Positions 18,207-27,267 are shown, counted from the stretch's first letter. The stretch: DNA of 38,533 nucleotides from Candidatus Yanofskybacteria bacterium (GCA_016181105.1 JACOZX010000017.1:1-38533), one strand, 5' to 3'. Notes: generated by a model from the letters alone, not told the origin. A program made the numbers and translations.

Positions 18207-18363
18207 GTCATTATACCTCTTCGGGACTTCAGAATCCCCAGCGAGGATTCTTCATCAGAAAAAGTTGCTCGTCTTGTCAAGAACCCTTCGCTTTAAGAAA
18301 AGCTCCGGGTCGTTGACAAACCGTGCCCCTCGCAACTTTTACTGCCCTCAGAGGCATAATGAC
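18207..18363 (-). repeat. Structured element, divergent copy B (157 nt) with a hammerhead-like core
   Basis: 14-bp terminal stem GTCATTATACCTCT/AGAGGCATAATGAC, hairpin AGAATCC-CCAGCGA-GGATTCT, stems AAAAGTTGC/GCAACTTTT and TTGTCAA/TTGACAA. Confidence 0.75.
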
Positions 18364-18379
18364 TACGTTTTTTGTGCCA

Positions 18380-19039
18380 ATGAAAAAGTTAAAGCACGGT
18401 ATCTACAATATCTTCAAACCACCGGGTCCCACTTCTCATGATATTGTTAATCTAGTCAGAAAAATATCTGGGGAAAAGAGAGTAGGCCATGCCGGCACGC
18501 TTGATCCTTTTGCCGAAGGAGTTTTAATTGTGGCTGTCGGGCGTGAATATACTAAAAAAATGGGACAGCTCTTGAAGCAAAACAAGACTTATCGCGCCGC
18601 TATTCGCCTTGGCGCTTCTTCTGATACTCATGATTTAACCGGAAGAATAGTCTTGTCTGAAAACTATGTTAAGCCCGCCAAAAAAGACATCTTTTCCGCT
18701 TTGAAAAAGTTTACAGGAGAAATTATACAAACTCCTCCCTCGTTTTCAGCCGTCAAAGTTAAAGGCAAAAAAGCTTATGAGCTCGCCCGAAAAGGAGCTA
18801 CACCCAAACTCAAGCCGAGAAAAGTAAAAATTTATTACATCAAAATTTTAAAATATAAATGGCCGTTTCTGGAAATAGAAACTAAAGTCTCTTCCGGCAC
18901 ATATATCCGCGCAATTGCCCGCGATTTAGGCGAAGTCTTAAAAACCGGCGGGTATCTGGAAAAACTAATCCGAACCAAAGTTGGCAGATATAACATTGGA
19001 AAATCAGTAAAGTTGGACAGGTTGATAAAAAACATATAG
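18380..19039 (+). CDS. truB: tRNA pseudouridine(55) synthase
   Basis: VGHAGTLDPFAEGVL, PPSFSAVK, VSSGTYIRAIARDLG; ATG 18380 preferred to the GTG inside element B. Confidence 0.96.
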   Translation: MKKLKHGIYNIFKPPGPTSHDIVNLVRKISGEKRVGHAGTLDPFAEGVLIVAVGREYTKKMGQLLKQNKTYRAAIRLGASSDTHDLTGRIVLSENYVKPAKKDIFSALKKFTGEIIQTPPSFSAVKVKGKKAYELARKGATPKLKPRKVKIYYIKILKYKWPFLEIETKVSSGTYIRAIARDLGEVLKTGGYLEKLIRTKVGRYNIGKSVKLDRLIKNI

Positions 19040-19077
19040 ACTGCAACTAATAAAGTTCTTTGAATTAGAGGATGATA

Positions 19078-19656
19078 ATGCCTAATCAAGCAAACATTTT
19101 AGCGCATATTACACGAAAAACTCCGCTAGGTATTCTGGACATAGAAGTACTTGGTAGTGACAGACTCCTAGGCCGTCACTTCTGTAACTCTGATCCGTAT
19201 TCGTCGTATTCCGAAATGTCGTTTTCAACACCTTACCAAAACATTTCCGTCTTTTTCTGTAAGAGATGCGGTTTTAGATTTGAAATAAGAAACTTGCCAC
19301 AAAAAGATTTTGATAAATTTTACGACAACGTAAAGATATTAATCAACAGACAAATTGATAATCTTATTGAAGAAAACGTCCAGCCGGGATCTGATTCTAT
19401 GGCAGGAGTTCACTTTAGAGATGGTCACGTAACCCTGGAACCCGGGGGCCCAAAAGGCTTTAGAGCCTGGCACTGCAGAACCGCTCAAGGGAAAAAGCAA
19501 ATAATGAGAACCAGACCCACGGGCCAGACCAACTGGATAAAGCTGTATTGTCCGGAATGTAACTACAATATTGAGTTTGAGCACACTCCAGGCACTACCT
19601 TTGAGGAACTGATTAATAACCTGAACAGAGTTGCCTCATCCCGTTGGCATGATTAA
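19078..19656 (+). CDS. Hypothetical protein with two tandem H(x)C-x24-CxxC putative Zn-binding modules
   Basis: HFC-x24-CKRC and HC-x24-CPEC; GAGG upstream of ATG 19078; terminator follows. Confidence 0.7.
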   Translation: MPNQANILAHITRKTPLGILDIEVLGSDRLLGRHFCNSDPYSSYSEMSFSTPYQNISVFFCKRCGFRFEIRNLPQKDFDKFYDNVKILINRQIDNLIEENVQPGSDSMAGVHFRDGHVTLEPGGPKGFRAWHCRTAQGKKQIMRTRPTGQTNWIKLYCPECNYNIEFEHTPGTTFEELINNLNRVASSRWHD

Positions 19657-19660
19657 AACC

Positions 19661-19683
19661 GCCGGCACAAAAGCCGGTTTTTT
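19661..19683 (+). terminator. Intrinsic terminator
   Basis: CCGGC-ACAAAA-GCCGG followed by a T run. Confidence 0.6.
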
Positions 19684-19743
19684 AATACTTGAAAAAAAGA
19701 GTTATATGTTGTAAGTTGTATGTTACAAGAAAAACAACAAAAT

Positions 19744-20016
19744 ATGCCCATAACCGAATCGGCCAAAAAAGCCTTAAGACAATCTAAAAAACGTCATCTG
19801 GAAAACCTAAAATTTAAAAGGGGTTTTAAATCTGCTATAAAAGACTTTCGCAAAGAAGTCTCTGCCGGCAACTTGGAAAAAGCAAAAACTTTCCTGCCCG
19901 TGGTATATCAAGCCGTAGACAAAGCTTCTAAAAAGGGCGTCATCAAAAAAAATACCGCCAGCCGATACAAATCAAGACTTGCTCAATCTCTGAACAAAAA
20001 ACAAAACAAGGCCTAG
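19744..20016 (+). CDS. rpsT: 30S ribosomal protein S20
   Basis: MPITESAKKALRQS...VDKASKKGVIKKNTASRYKSRL. Confidence 0.96.
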   Translation: MPITESAKKALRQSKKRHLENLKFKRGFKSAIKDFRKEVSAGNLEKAKTFLPVVYQAVDKASKKGVIKKNTASRYKSRLAQSLNKKQNKA

Positions 20017-20027
20017 AGCCTTGTTTT
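20003..20027. terminator. Bidirectional terminator between rpsT and ftsW
   Basis: AAAACAAGGC-CTAGA-GCCTTGTTTT, perfect 10-bp stem between convergent genes. Confidence 0.75.
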
Positions 20028-21111
20028 AAGTCGCCTTAGCGATATTCACAGCAATACCAAGACCGGCTAAAAGAGCGGCAATGGAAGTCCCGCCATAACT
20101 GACAAAAGGCAAAGGAATGCCTGTTAAAGGCAGAAGACCGGTAATCGCCCCGATATTAATGAGCGACTGACTGCCTATCCAAACCATCATTCCTAAAATA
20201 AAAAGCTGGCCAAAACGGTCCGAGGTATTGTTGGCAACTTTGACCAACTGGAAAGAAAGCAAAAAGATTAGAAAGATAAAAGAAACCGCTCCTATTAAAC
20301 CCAGCTCTTCGGCAACAACGGCAAAGATAGAATCCCCCACCGGTTCAGGCAAAAAATTTATTTTTTGCTGACTCTGGCCAAAACCGACACCCCAAATACC
20401 TCCGCGGCCTATGGCTATCAGAGCTTGATTAATGTGATAAGAAATACCTTGCGGATCAGAAGTCGGATTAAAAAATGCTAAAAATCGGTTGAACCTGTAA
20501 GGCGCAAGCTGAACTAAAGCGAAAAAGATAACGGCCAAAACTAAGATTAAAATCCCAAAATGAGAAACCTTAGCGCCGGCAAAAAAATATAAAGACAAGG
20601 CAATTAAAGCAATTATACCCAAAGTCCCAACGTCCGGCTGTAAGGCCAAGAGAAGACCGACAAAACCCAGAACTACAAAAAACGGCACGATTGAGTAAGA
20701 CCAGTTCCGGATATTTTCGTTTCTGCCGCTGAACCAAGCCGCAAAATAAACAATAAGGCTGAATTTCAAAATTTCCGAAGGCTGAAAACTCAAAAACCCC
20801 AAACTAATCCAACGAGTGGCGCCCTTGGCGGAAAATCCAAAACGCGGAATAAAGACAGCCAACAAAAGAGCAAGACTGAAAATTAAAAGCGGCAGAGAAA
20901 TTTTTTTCCAAAATTTATACTTAATCTTAGAAAAAACAAAAAAAAGGAAAAGACCGGGCAAGACACCATTTAAAAGCTGATGAACAAAATAATAATAGTC
21001 GGAACCAAACCTCTTTTGCCCGTCAACAATACCGGCGGAAGAGAGCGCCAACAAACCGAAAACAATCAGAACAAAAGTAATGATGATAATTTTTTTGGCA
21101 GAACCGGACAT
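20026..21111 (-). CDS. ftsW: SEDS peptidoglycan polymerase FtsW
   Basis: GATRWI, FQPSEILK, LQPDVGT, FLPEPVGDSIFAVVAEELG, TGIPLPFVSYGG; follows mraY. Confidence 0.93.
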   Translation of the reverse strand: MSGSAKKIIIITFVLIVFGLLALSSAGIVDGQKRFGSDYYYFVHQLLNGVLPGLFLFFVFSKIKYKFWKKISLPLLIFSLALLLAVFIPRFGFSAKGATRWISLGFLSFQPSEILKFSLIVYFAAWFSGRNENIRNWSYSIVPFFVVLGFVGLLLALQPDVGTLGIIALIALSLYFFAGAKVSHFGILILVLAVIFFALVQLAPYRFNRFLAFFNPTSDPQGISYHINQALIAIGRGGIWGVGFGQSQQKINFLPEPVGDSIFAVVAEELGLIGAVSFIFLIFLLSFQLVKVANNTSDRFGQLFILGMMVWIGSQSLINIGAITGLLPLTGIPLPFVSYGGTSIAALLAGLGIAVNIAKAT

Positions 21112-21122
21112 TTAGTTTTTGG

Positions 21123-22244
21123 CTATCTAAACAAGGGCGGGACTTTGGAATCAATCAAGAATATAATTATGCCCAAAATAGCGCCGATGGCTGAAATCAT
21201 CCAAAAACGCATGGTGACTTGGGTCTCCGGCCAACCCAAAGCTTCAAAATGGTGATGAATTGGAGTAGATAAGAAAATCTTTTTTTTGCGAATCTTTTTA
21301 GAAGCCGTCTGTAAAATCACCGATAAGGATTCCAGAACAAAAACCACGCAGATAATTGGAAGGAGAAGAAATGTGTTGGTAAGCATGGCAACAACACCCA
21401 AAACAAAGCCCAGAGCCATGACACCGGTATCGCCCATAAAAAACCTTGCCGGATAAATGTTAAACCACAAAAAAGCCACTAAAGCTCCGACGATTGCGCT
21501 AATAAAAACAACCAAGTCCGTGCGGCCCTGAACAAAAGCAATAGCCCCCAAAGCAGCAAACGATAGAAGAAAAATCCCTCCGCTCAAGCCATCAAGACCA
21601 TCTGCTTCGTTTGCGGAAAAAGCGGTGGCCATAATTACAAAAATAAAAATCGGGATATACCAAAAACCTACCACGAAGTCCCCAAAAAAAGGAATATTTA
21701 TAAAATCCCAGTCTAGTTTGTGATAGAACCACCAAGCGCCTCCTGCCGCTAAAATAGAGTATAGAAAAAGTTTTCGTTTCATGCTTAATCCGCCACGCTT
21801 GACAATTCCAAAAATATCATCAGCCATTCCAACCAATCCGGCCACAATCAAAAATCCCAAAGGCAAAAGTGTCTGACCGCGGGAAAGAAAATTTAAATTT
21901 GACCAGAATCCTGCCTGACCGGCAGGCAGGCCATGCCTACCGGCAGGCAGGCCGTCAAAAATCTTTGAAAAATACCAAAAAACCAAAGTAAGAACAGCCA
22001 CGGTAAACCAAATTATAAACCCACCCATGGTTGGCGTACCTTCCTTTTTTTTGTGAAGAGCATTGAAAATCGGCGTTTCTCCCCAAAAAGTATTCTTATC
22101 ACGCTCTATTTCTTTGCCAGGGCGAAAATATTTCAGCAATATTTTGCTCCAAATTGGGGTAATCGAAATCGCCACAAAAAAAGAAATTGTGGATACCGCA
22201 AAAATCTTGACTACATTAAAAACTGTAAAAAGGTTGTTATCCAT
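21123..22244 (-). CDS. mraY: Phospho-N-acetylmuramoyl-pentapeptide transferase, with a 14-aa repeat-derived insertion
   Basis: KKEGTPTMGG, GMADD, NEADGLDGL, FMGDTG, PIHHHFE motifs. Confidence 0.96.
   Translation of the reverse strand: MDNNLFTVFNVVKIFAVSTISFFVAISITPIWSKILLKYFRPGKEIERDKNTFWGETPIFNALHKKKEGTPTMGGFIIWFTVAVLTLVFWYFSKIFDGLPAGRHGLPAGQAGFWSNLNFLSRGQTLLPLGFLIVAGLVGMADDIFGIVKRGGLSMKRKLFLYSILAAGGAWWFYHKLDWDFINIPFFGDFVVGFWYIPIFIFVIMATAFSANEADGLDGLSGGIFLLSFAALGAIAFVQGRTDLVVFISAIVGALVAFLWFNIYPARFFMGDTGVMALGFVLGVVAMLTNTFLLLPIICVVFVLESLSVILQTASKKIRKKKIFLSTPIHHHFEALGWPETQVTMRFWMISAIGAILGIIIFLIDSKVPPLFR
21910..21951. repeat. Two tandem 21-nt palindromic units in frame in mraY
   Basis: CCTGCCTGACCGGCAGGCAGG + CCATGCCTACCGGCAGGCAGG; encode LPAGRHG-LPAGQAG. 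Confidence 0.88.
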
Positions 22245-22245
22245 A

Positions 22246-23223
22246 TTATTCCCACCTGAAAGCAGCTTTGCTCCAGTTTACCAGTTTCTGGACATCTTCA
22301 AACCTCTCTGTTGAGCCCAAAACAATGGCAATCACCGAGGTATCGCTTGAAGACAGGTCTTCTTCTAGAATAATACACCCCAAAGCGCCATCCGTGTAAC
22401 CGGTCTTAGCTCCAACCATATTCGGCAAAACGCCGAATAGTTTATTGGTGCTGACAAAGTGATGAGGCAGTTTTTTATCAATAGAAAAAAGGTCAATCGC
22501 CGGTTTTGTCAAAGACTCACTAATTTCTTTAAACCGTCTGGCGTATCTTGTCAGCTTCAAAAGGTCTTCCGCCGTGGAATAGGCCGAATCATTCAACCCC
22601 GCCGGATCAAGAAATTTAGAGTTAGTCATTCCTATTTGCAAAGCTTTTTTATTCATTAAGTCCGGAAAACTCGAACCTGTCTTTATCTCTATTGTCCTGG
22701 CAATAGCCGAAGCCGCGTCATTGGAAGATTTCACAAGCATAGCCGCCAGCATATCTTTAAAATAAAACCGTTCTTTCAAGTAAAAATCAGCTCCTTCTTT
22801 GTCAATATTCATTGACTCCTGACCAATTTCAACGACTGCTTCCGGAGAAAGGTGTTCCAACGAAACAATTGCCGTAAGAAGTTTGGTCAAAGAAGCGACG
22901 GGCAGTTGTTGTCTGGAATTTTTAGAAAAAAGAAGCTTAGCGTTTTTAACGTCATAGAGTAAAAAAGATTTGGCTTCCAACAGAGGTTCGGGCACATCCG
23001 ATTTTCTGATCGGAAAGTAGGTTGGTTCGGAAACCGGCAGAATATAGCCGGCTGTTTGAGAGTTTAAGTCTTCGCTGGCATACGAAGAATGAATTAGGGC
23101 CAAACTCAAGTTTTGAGTTCTGGTAATTTCCGCCCTATCTCTAATATCACCATAGACAATAAAAAAACTCAAAAAAACTAACCCCCCGACTAAGATTGTT
23201 AGAATGGTAACTTTTTGCCGCAT
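22246..23223 (-). CDS. D-alanyl-D-alanine carboxypeptidase (peptidase S11)
   Basis: SxxK (ASLTK), SxN (SSND), KTG (AKTGYT); N-terminal membrane anchor. Confidence 0.93.
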   Translation of the reverse strand: MRQKVTILTILVGGLVFLSFFIVYGDIRDRAEITRTQNLSLALIHSSYASEDLNSQTAGYILPVSEPTYFPIRKSDVPEPLLEAKSFLLYDVKNAKLLFSKNSRQQLPVASLTKLLTAIVSLEHLSPEAVVEIGQESMNIDKEGADFYLKERFYFKDMLAAMLVKSSNDAASAIARTIEIKTGSSFPDLMNKKALQIGMTNSKFLDPAGLNDSAYSTAEDLLKLTRYARRFKEISESLTKPAIDLFSIDKKLPHHFVSTNKLFGVLPNMVGAKTGYTDGALGCIILEEDLSSSDTSVIAIVLGSTERFEDVQKLVNWSKAAFRWE

Positions 23224-23236
23224 TATCTTGTCATAA

Positions 23237-24544
23237 CTACGGTTCTAGTCTCTTAACGCCTCTGTACAAATAGGTCACTTCCCTGACGTTATTCAATCCC
23301 AAGGCCTGCATTACAAATCTGCTTGGACCAAAACCGAAACCGCCATGTGGCGGACAGCCGTATTTAAAAAAGTTAAGATAGAACTGTATTGGTTCAGTAT
23401 GTAGGCCTTTTTCTTTGGCTTGATTCAGTAAAACATCATAGCGATGTTCCCGTTGAGCACCCGTGGTTATTTCTAAACCCATAAACAAAAGATCGAAACT
23501 TTTTGTCAGGTTACCATTTTCCTTGTGCCGCATATGGTAAAAAGGTCTTATTTCTTTGGGATAGTCGGTTACAAAAACAAATTCATGGCTTTCTTTTTTA
23601 TTTATGTACTCTCCCAGCTTTCTTTCTTCCTCCGGACTTAGATCATTTTCAGTCTCGCTAGGCACATTTAGAGTTTTGAGTATTTCTTTGGCCCTTGCTA
23701 AGGTTAGCTTAGGAAAAGGAATTAAAGGAACACTGATTTCTCGGCCAAAAACTTTTTTTATTTCATTGCCGCTGGTTTTATTTATCTCTGAAAGCATTGC
23801 AACAATAATTCTTTCCTCTTCAGCCATAACATCGTGGTGGGACTCTATAAAAGAAATCTCGATGTCGTAACCAGTAAATTCGGTGTCGTGGCGTGAGGTA
23901 AAAGACGGGTTAGCTCTAAAGACCGGGCCGATTTCAAATGTTTTTTCAAATCCAGAAGCCATGGCCATTTGTTTATAAAACTGAGGCGATTGAGCAAGGT
24001 AAGCCTTGCGTTCAAAATATTTTACCTCAAAGAGTTCTCCGCCAGATTCGCTTGGAGCGCTCATTAGCTTCGGTGAGTGTATCTCAATATAATTATTACT
24101 GCCGCAGTAATCCACAAAAGCTCTCTCCATAGATGTCCAAGCCTGAAATATTAAACGATTCTCCGGTTTACGCAAATCAATCCATCGCCAATCTAATCTT
24201 TTAGGCAATTCCGTTTCGCCGGTTTTTTCAACAACAGGAATGGGAAGTTCCGGTTCGGCCGCTGACAAAACTTCAATTTCTTCTGCAACCACCTCCACCC
24301 CTCCCGGCGCTTGTTTTTCCTCTTTCGCCAAACCAACCACCTTAACAACTGACTCTAAACTCAAGGTCTTCGCAATGTCAGAAGCCTTTTTTTGTTTTTT
24401 AGTAACAACAACCTGGATCAGGCCGGATACGTCTCTAATAATCAAAAATTTAATACTGCCTTGGTCTCTGACAGTATGCACCCAGCCAAAAATCTGGACT
24501 GTTTCACCGGCCCTGTTTTTTGTTTCAGAAATTTGAGTTCGCAT
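23237..24544 (-). CDS. aspS: Short (archaeal-type, probably non-discriminating) aspartyl-tRNA synthetase
   Basis: RLDWRWIDLR, AYLAQSPQFYKQM, RHDTEFT, GAQREH, GCPPHGGFG; about 435 aa, no GAD insertion. Confidence 0.92.
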   Translation of the reverse strand: MRTQISETKNRAGETVQIFGWVHTVRDQGSIKFLIIRDVSGLIQVVVTKKQKKASDIAKTLSLESVVKVVGLAKEEKQAPGGVEVVAEEIEVLSAAEPELPIPVVEKTGETELPKRLDWRWIDLRKPENRLIFQAWTSMERAFVDYCGSNNYIEIHSPKLMSAPSESGGELFEVKYFERKAYLAQSPQFYKQMAMASGFEKTFEIGPVFRANPSFTSRHDTEFTGYDIEISFIESHHDVMAEEERIIVAMLSEINKTSGNEIKKVFGREISVPLIPFPKLTLARAKEILKTLNVPSETENDLSPEEERKLGEYINKKESHEFVFVTDYPKEIRPFYHMRHKENGNLTKSFDLLFMGLEITTGAQREHRYDVLLNQAKEKGLHTEPIQFYLNFFKYGCPPHGGFGFGPSRFVMQALGLNNVREVTYLYRGVKRLEP

Positions 24545-25499
24545 TTTCAATAATTTTATCAAGAAGTTGAGGAAAACTCAAACCGGCAGCAACAGCCTGT
24601 TGAGGAAACAATGAAGTCGGCGTCAGTCCGGGAAGCGTATTAACTTCAAGCAGGTAAACAGCGCCGTTTCGTAAAATCATATCGCTTCGCGAATAACTAC
24701 GGCAACCCAAAAGCTGATGGGCCAAAAGAGCGACTGATTGGGCCTTCTTGTAACGACCCGCGTCAACCGGAGCGGGGGTAATTTCCTTGGATGCTCCCTG
24801 TTGATACTTGGCTTTGTAATCAAAAAACTTAGCTCTAACCGGCTGTATCTGGGTTAAAGGCAAAACAAAATGTTTTTGTTTGGAAAAATTTTCCAATACC
24901 CCACAGGCAACTTCGGTACCTTTGATGTATTCTTCTATCAGAGCATCCTTGTCTAATTTGAAGACTGACTCCAAAGCTGTAAACAACTTTTTTTCGGTGT
25001 CCACTAAGTAGACCCCAACAGACGAGCCCAAAAATCTTGGCTTGACAAATACGGGTAGCTTTACGACTTTAGAAGTAAAGAATTTAACAAGCGACGAGTT
25101 GTTTTCTCCTTTTTTAAGGTGAAGGGTCTTGGGCGTACTAATCCCCGCCAGTTTAAAAATTTCCCGGCTATGCAACTTGTCCATCGCTAAGGCAGACGGC
25201 CCGCGGCCGGAACCGGTATAGGGCACCCCATGAAAATCCAGAAGACCCTGCATCCGGCCGTCTTCTCCGACTTCGCCGTGCAAAGCCAAAAAAGCGAGAT
25301 CAATCATTTTAAAAATTTTCAGATGATTTTCATATCTGCCATTGGCCATCCAGCGTCCGGATTTGGAAATTTTCACCGCCACAACAGAGTACTTGTCAGG
25401 ATTCAAATTAGCCATAATTTGAACTCCCGTAGCTAAAGACACCTCGTGTTCAACCGAAGGTCCACCCATGAAAACACCTATTTTAAGCCTCTTAGCCAT
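24525..25499 (-). CDS. ddl: D-alanine--D-alanine ligase
   Basis: GGPSVEHEVSL, ALHGEVGEDG, GSSVG, FDYKAKY, LEVNTLPG. Confidence 0.96.
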   Translation of the reverse strand: MAKRLKIGVFMGGPSVEHEVSLATGVQIMANLNPDKYSVVAVKISKSGRWMANGRYENHLKIFKMIDLAFLALHGEVGEDGRMQGLLDFHGVPYTGSGRGPSALAMDKLHSREIFKLAGISTPKTLHLKKGENNSSLVKFFTSKVVKLPVFVKPRFLGSSVGVYLVDTEKKLFTALESVFKLDKDALIEEYIKGTEVACGVLENFSKQKHFVLPLTQIQPVRAKFFDYKAKYQQGASKEITPAPVDAGRYKKAQSVALLAHQLLGCRSYSRSDMILRNGAVYLLEVNTLPGLTPTSLFPQQAVAAGLSFPQLLDKIIENANSNF

Positions 25500-25628
25500 T
25501 GTTTATTTAGACCAACACAAATACGTCCTATAATCTTACAGAAACAAAAAACAATTGGAAATAGTGATTTAAAAAGTAGCCCGGCAAATATTGTTTTTTC
25601 CGGACTACCCACAAACCTGACGACCTGA

Positions 25629-25657
25629 TTGACTTTGTTTAAAGTATGGTTTACCAT
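25629..25657 (+). promoter_or_regulatory. Sigma70-like promoter for 25690..26331
   Basis: TTGACT-17 nt-TACCAT. Confidence 0.5.
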
Positions 25658-25689
25658 AAAAAAACTGAACTTTTAAAAACGGGGTTTAA

Positions 25690-26331
25690 ATGTCGGCAAC
25701 AGAGAGCAAGGCCTTTAAAATTTTAAAGAACAAAAACATAGACCCTGCAGACAGACACGGAATCAACCTAAAAAAATACCTGCCTCTTTTCTTAAAAAAG
25801 AATTCTAAAATAAGCCAGAACCTTCTTAACAGCCTCAACTTGGACCTAGCTAACGACAAACTGGACGAATTGCTCGAAAGATACGACGGCGGTTGCGCCT
25901 TTCGTTACGATGCAACTTTTTATTTCATACTCTGGTATACCTACAAGGAATATAAAACAGGGATTTGTCTTCTCGGTTTCAAAATTAGGGGCGACAAACT
26001 TTTTGTAGTCCAAATACAGGGACTGCGCATTGATTATGATTTTTTCTGTAACCGCAACAACGAAGATATAAAAAAAACATTAAAACTAATAATGTCTTCC
26101 CTAAAGTGGGAAAGGCTTTTGGTAAAAATAGCAGAAGATTGGGCTAGAAAAATGGGTTTTAGAAAAATAGGCATACTCCAAGCTAAGCATAATGAATATT
26201 TTAGAAAAGACCCAACTGTTGAATGGGCCATCGCGAGAAACAATCGTTTGAAAATGCGCTATGACGTAACCGCCGAAAGAATGGGCTACAAGAAAAAACC
26301 ATCAAGCCGATACCGGTCCAAGAGTCTTTAG
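25690..26331 (+). CDS. Hypothetical protein, possibly VirK/YbjX (DUF535)-like
   Basis: LFVVQIQG ... LLVKIAEDWARKMGFRKI ... MRYDVTAERMG resembles the family C-terminal pattern as I recall it; own promoter and downstream hairpin. Confidence 0.55.
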   Translation: MSATESKAFKILKNKNIDPADRHGINLKKYLPLFLKKNSKISQNLLNSLNLDLANDKLDELLERYDGGCAFRYDATFYFILWYTYKEYKTGICLLGFKIRGDKLFVVQIQGLRIDYDFFCNRNNEDIKKTLKLIMSSLKWERLLVKIAEDWARKMGFRKIGILQAKHNEYFRKDPTVEWAIARNNRLKMRYDVTAERMGYKKKPSSRYRSKSL

Positions 26332-26398
26332 GAATTTTAAATATCGAAAACACCTCCTGAACAAAGAGATGTTTTGTTAGAATGCGATTAGGCCAAAA

Positions 26399-26947
26399 CT
26401 ACGGAGTAGGCATTGGGGTTGTGGCCGGAGAAGTTGAATAGTAAGCTTTTATGCTTTGCTTGGCAGATTCAAAAGCGGCCCTGGCGGCTTTTTTAGCCAT
26501 TTCAAAAGCTTGTTGTGCCGCTTTTTTAGAGCTTTGATAAGAGTCTCTGGCGGCTTTGGCCGCTTCTTTGGAATTCATCTCTTTGGCCCTCTGCTTGGCC
26601 AGATCAAAATCCTCTTTTGCTTTTTTTAAAGCAGAGTGGTAAGCGTTTTTTGCCACTTTTAAAGCTTCCCTGTAAGCCGACTCCGCTCTCTTCAAGGCTA
26701 GAGCCCTTTCCGTTGCCCTTCTTTTAAGTTCTTTGGCTTTTTCTAAAGCGGTTTCTTTTCTGGCATCTTTAGTTTCTTTTACCTTCTCTTTTACTTCTTT
26801 GACTCTGTCATTTGTTTTGATCCCCGGCCTCTTGACTGGTGAAACCGAAGGTCTTTTGGTCGGAGTCGGGCTGACATCATCAGCCAAAACCGGCAAAGCC
26901 GAAAAAACAAAAACTAACAAAACCAACACTGAAATAGTTTTTTTCAT
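26399..26947 (-). CDS. Secreted Ala/Lys-rich coiled-coil protein
   Basis: Signal peptide ending VLA-DD, Pro/Thr linkers, repeated helical segments. Confidence 0.8.
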   Translation of the reverse strand: MKKTISVLVLLVFVFSALPVLADDVSPTPTKRPSVSPVKRPGIKTNDRVKEVKEKVKETKDARKETALEKAKELKRRATERALALKRAESAYREALKVAKNAYHSALKKAKEDFDLAKQRAKEMNSKEAAKAARDSYQSSKKAAQQAFEMAKKAARAAFESAKQSIKAYYSTSPATTPMPTP

Positions 26948-27023
26948 AGTAATCTTATTTTATTTCTTTCCGGCTAAAAGTACAAACAGCTTATCAACAC
27001 AACCAACCCTTGGCCGAAACACC

Positions 27024-27256
27024 TTATTTCACCTTTCTCTCGACAGATGTCAGTCTGGCACAAATGTCTGAACCTTACTATCCAAATGTTCAAAGGCTTT
27101 CTTCGAAGGAATTTCTAGAATAACATCAAGAATGCGCTGTTGCCCAGCCTCGAGCCTTTGTTGACCCTCTTTAAGTTCAGTCAATGTTGTACCCATCCTG
27201 GTAAATTCGTCTTGAGTCATACGAGCCAGAGTGTCGATGGCCATTTTCTTTTTCAT
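27024..27256 (-). pseudogene. Small coiled-coil protein with a probable 1-nt deletion near the 3' end
   Basis: Frame stops at 27050 (...TFVPD*); the shifted frame continues ARLTSVERKVK* to 27024. Confidence 0.5.
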
Positions 27257-27267
27257 ATTCTAAGCCT

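Noticed and set aside
18323-18379. N-terminal extension of TruB
   Set aside because: Starts inside element B; ATG 18380 gives a normal-length TruB.
23237-24544. Archaeal-type aspS as a novelty
   Set aside because: Short non-discriminating AspRS enzymes are already known in many bacteria.
26399-26947. Ala/Lys repeats as a DNA repeat element
   Set aside because: The periodicity is at the protein (coiled-coil) level; codons are not tandemly identical.
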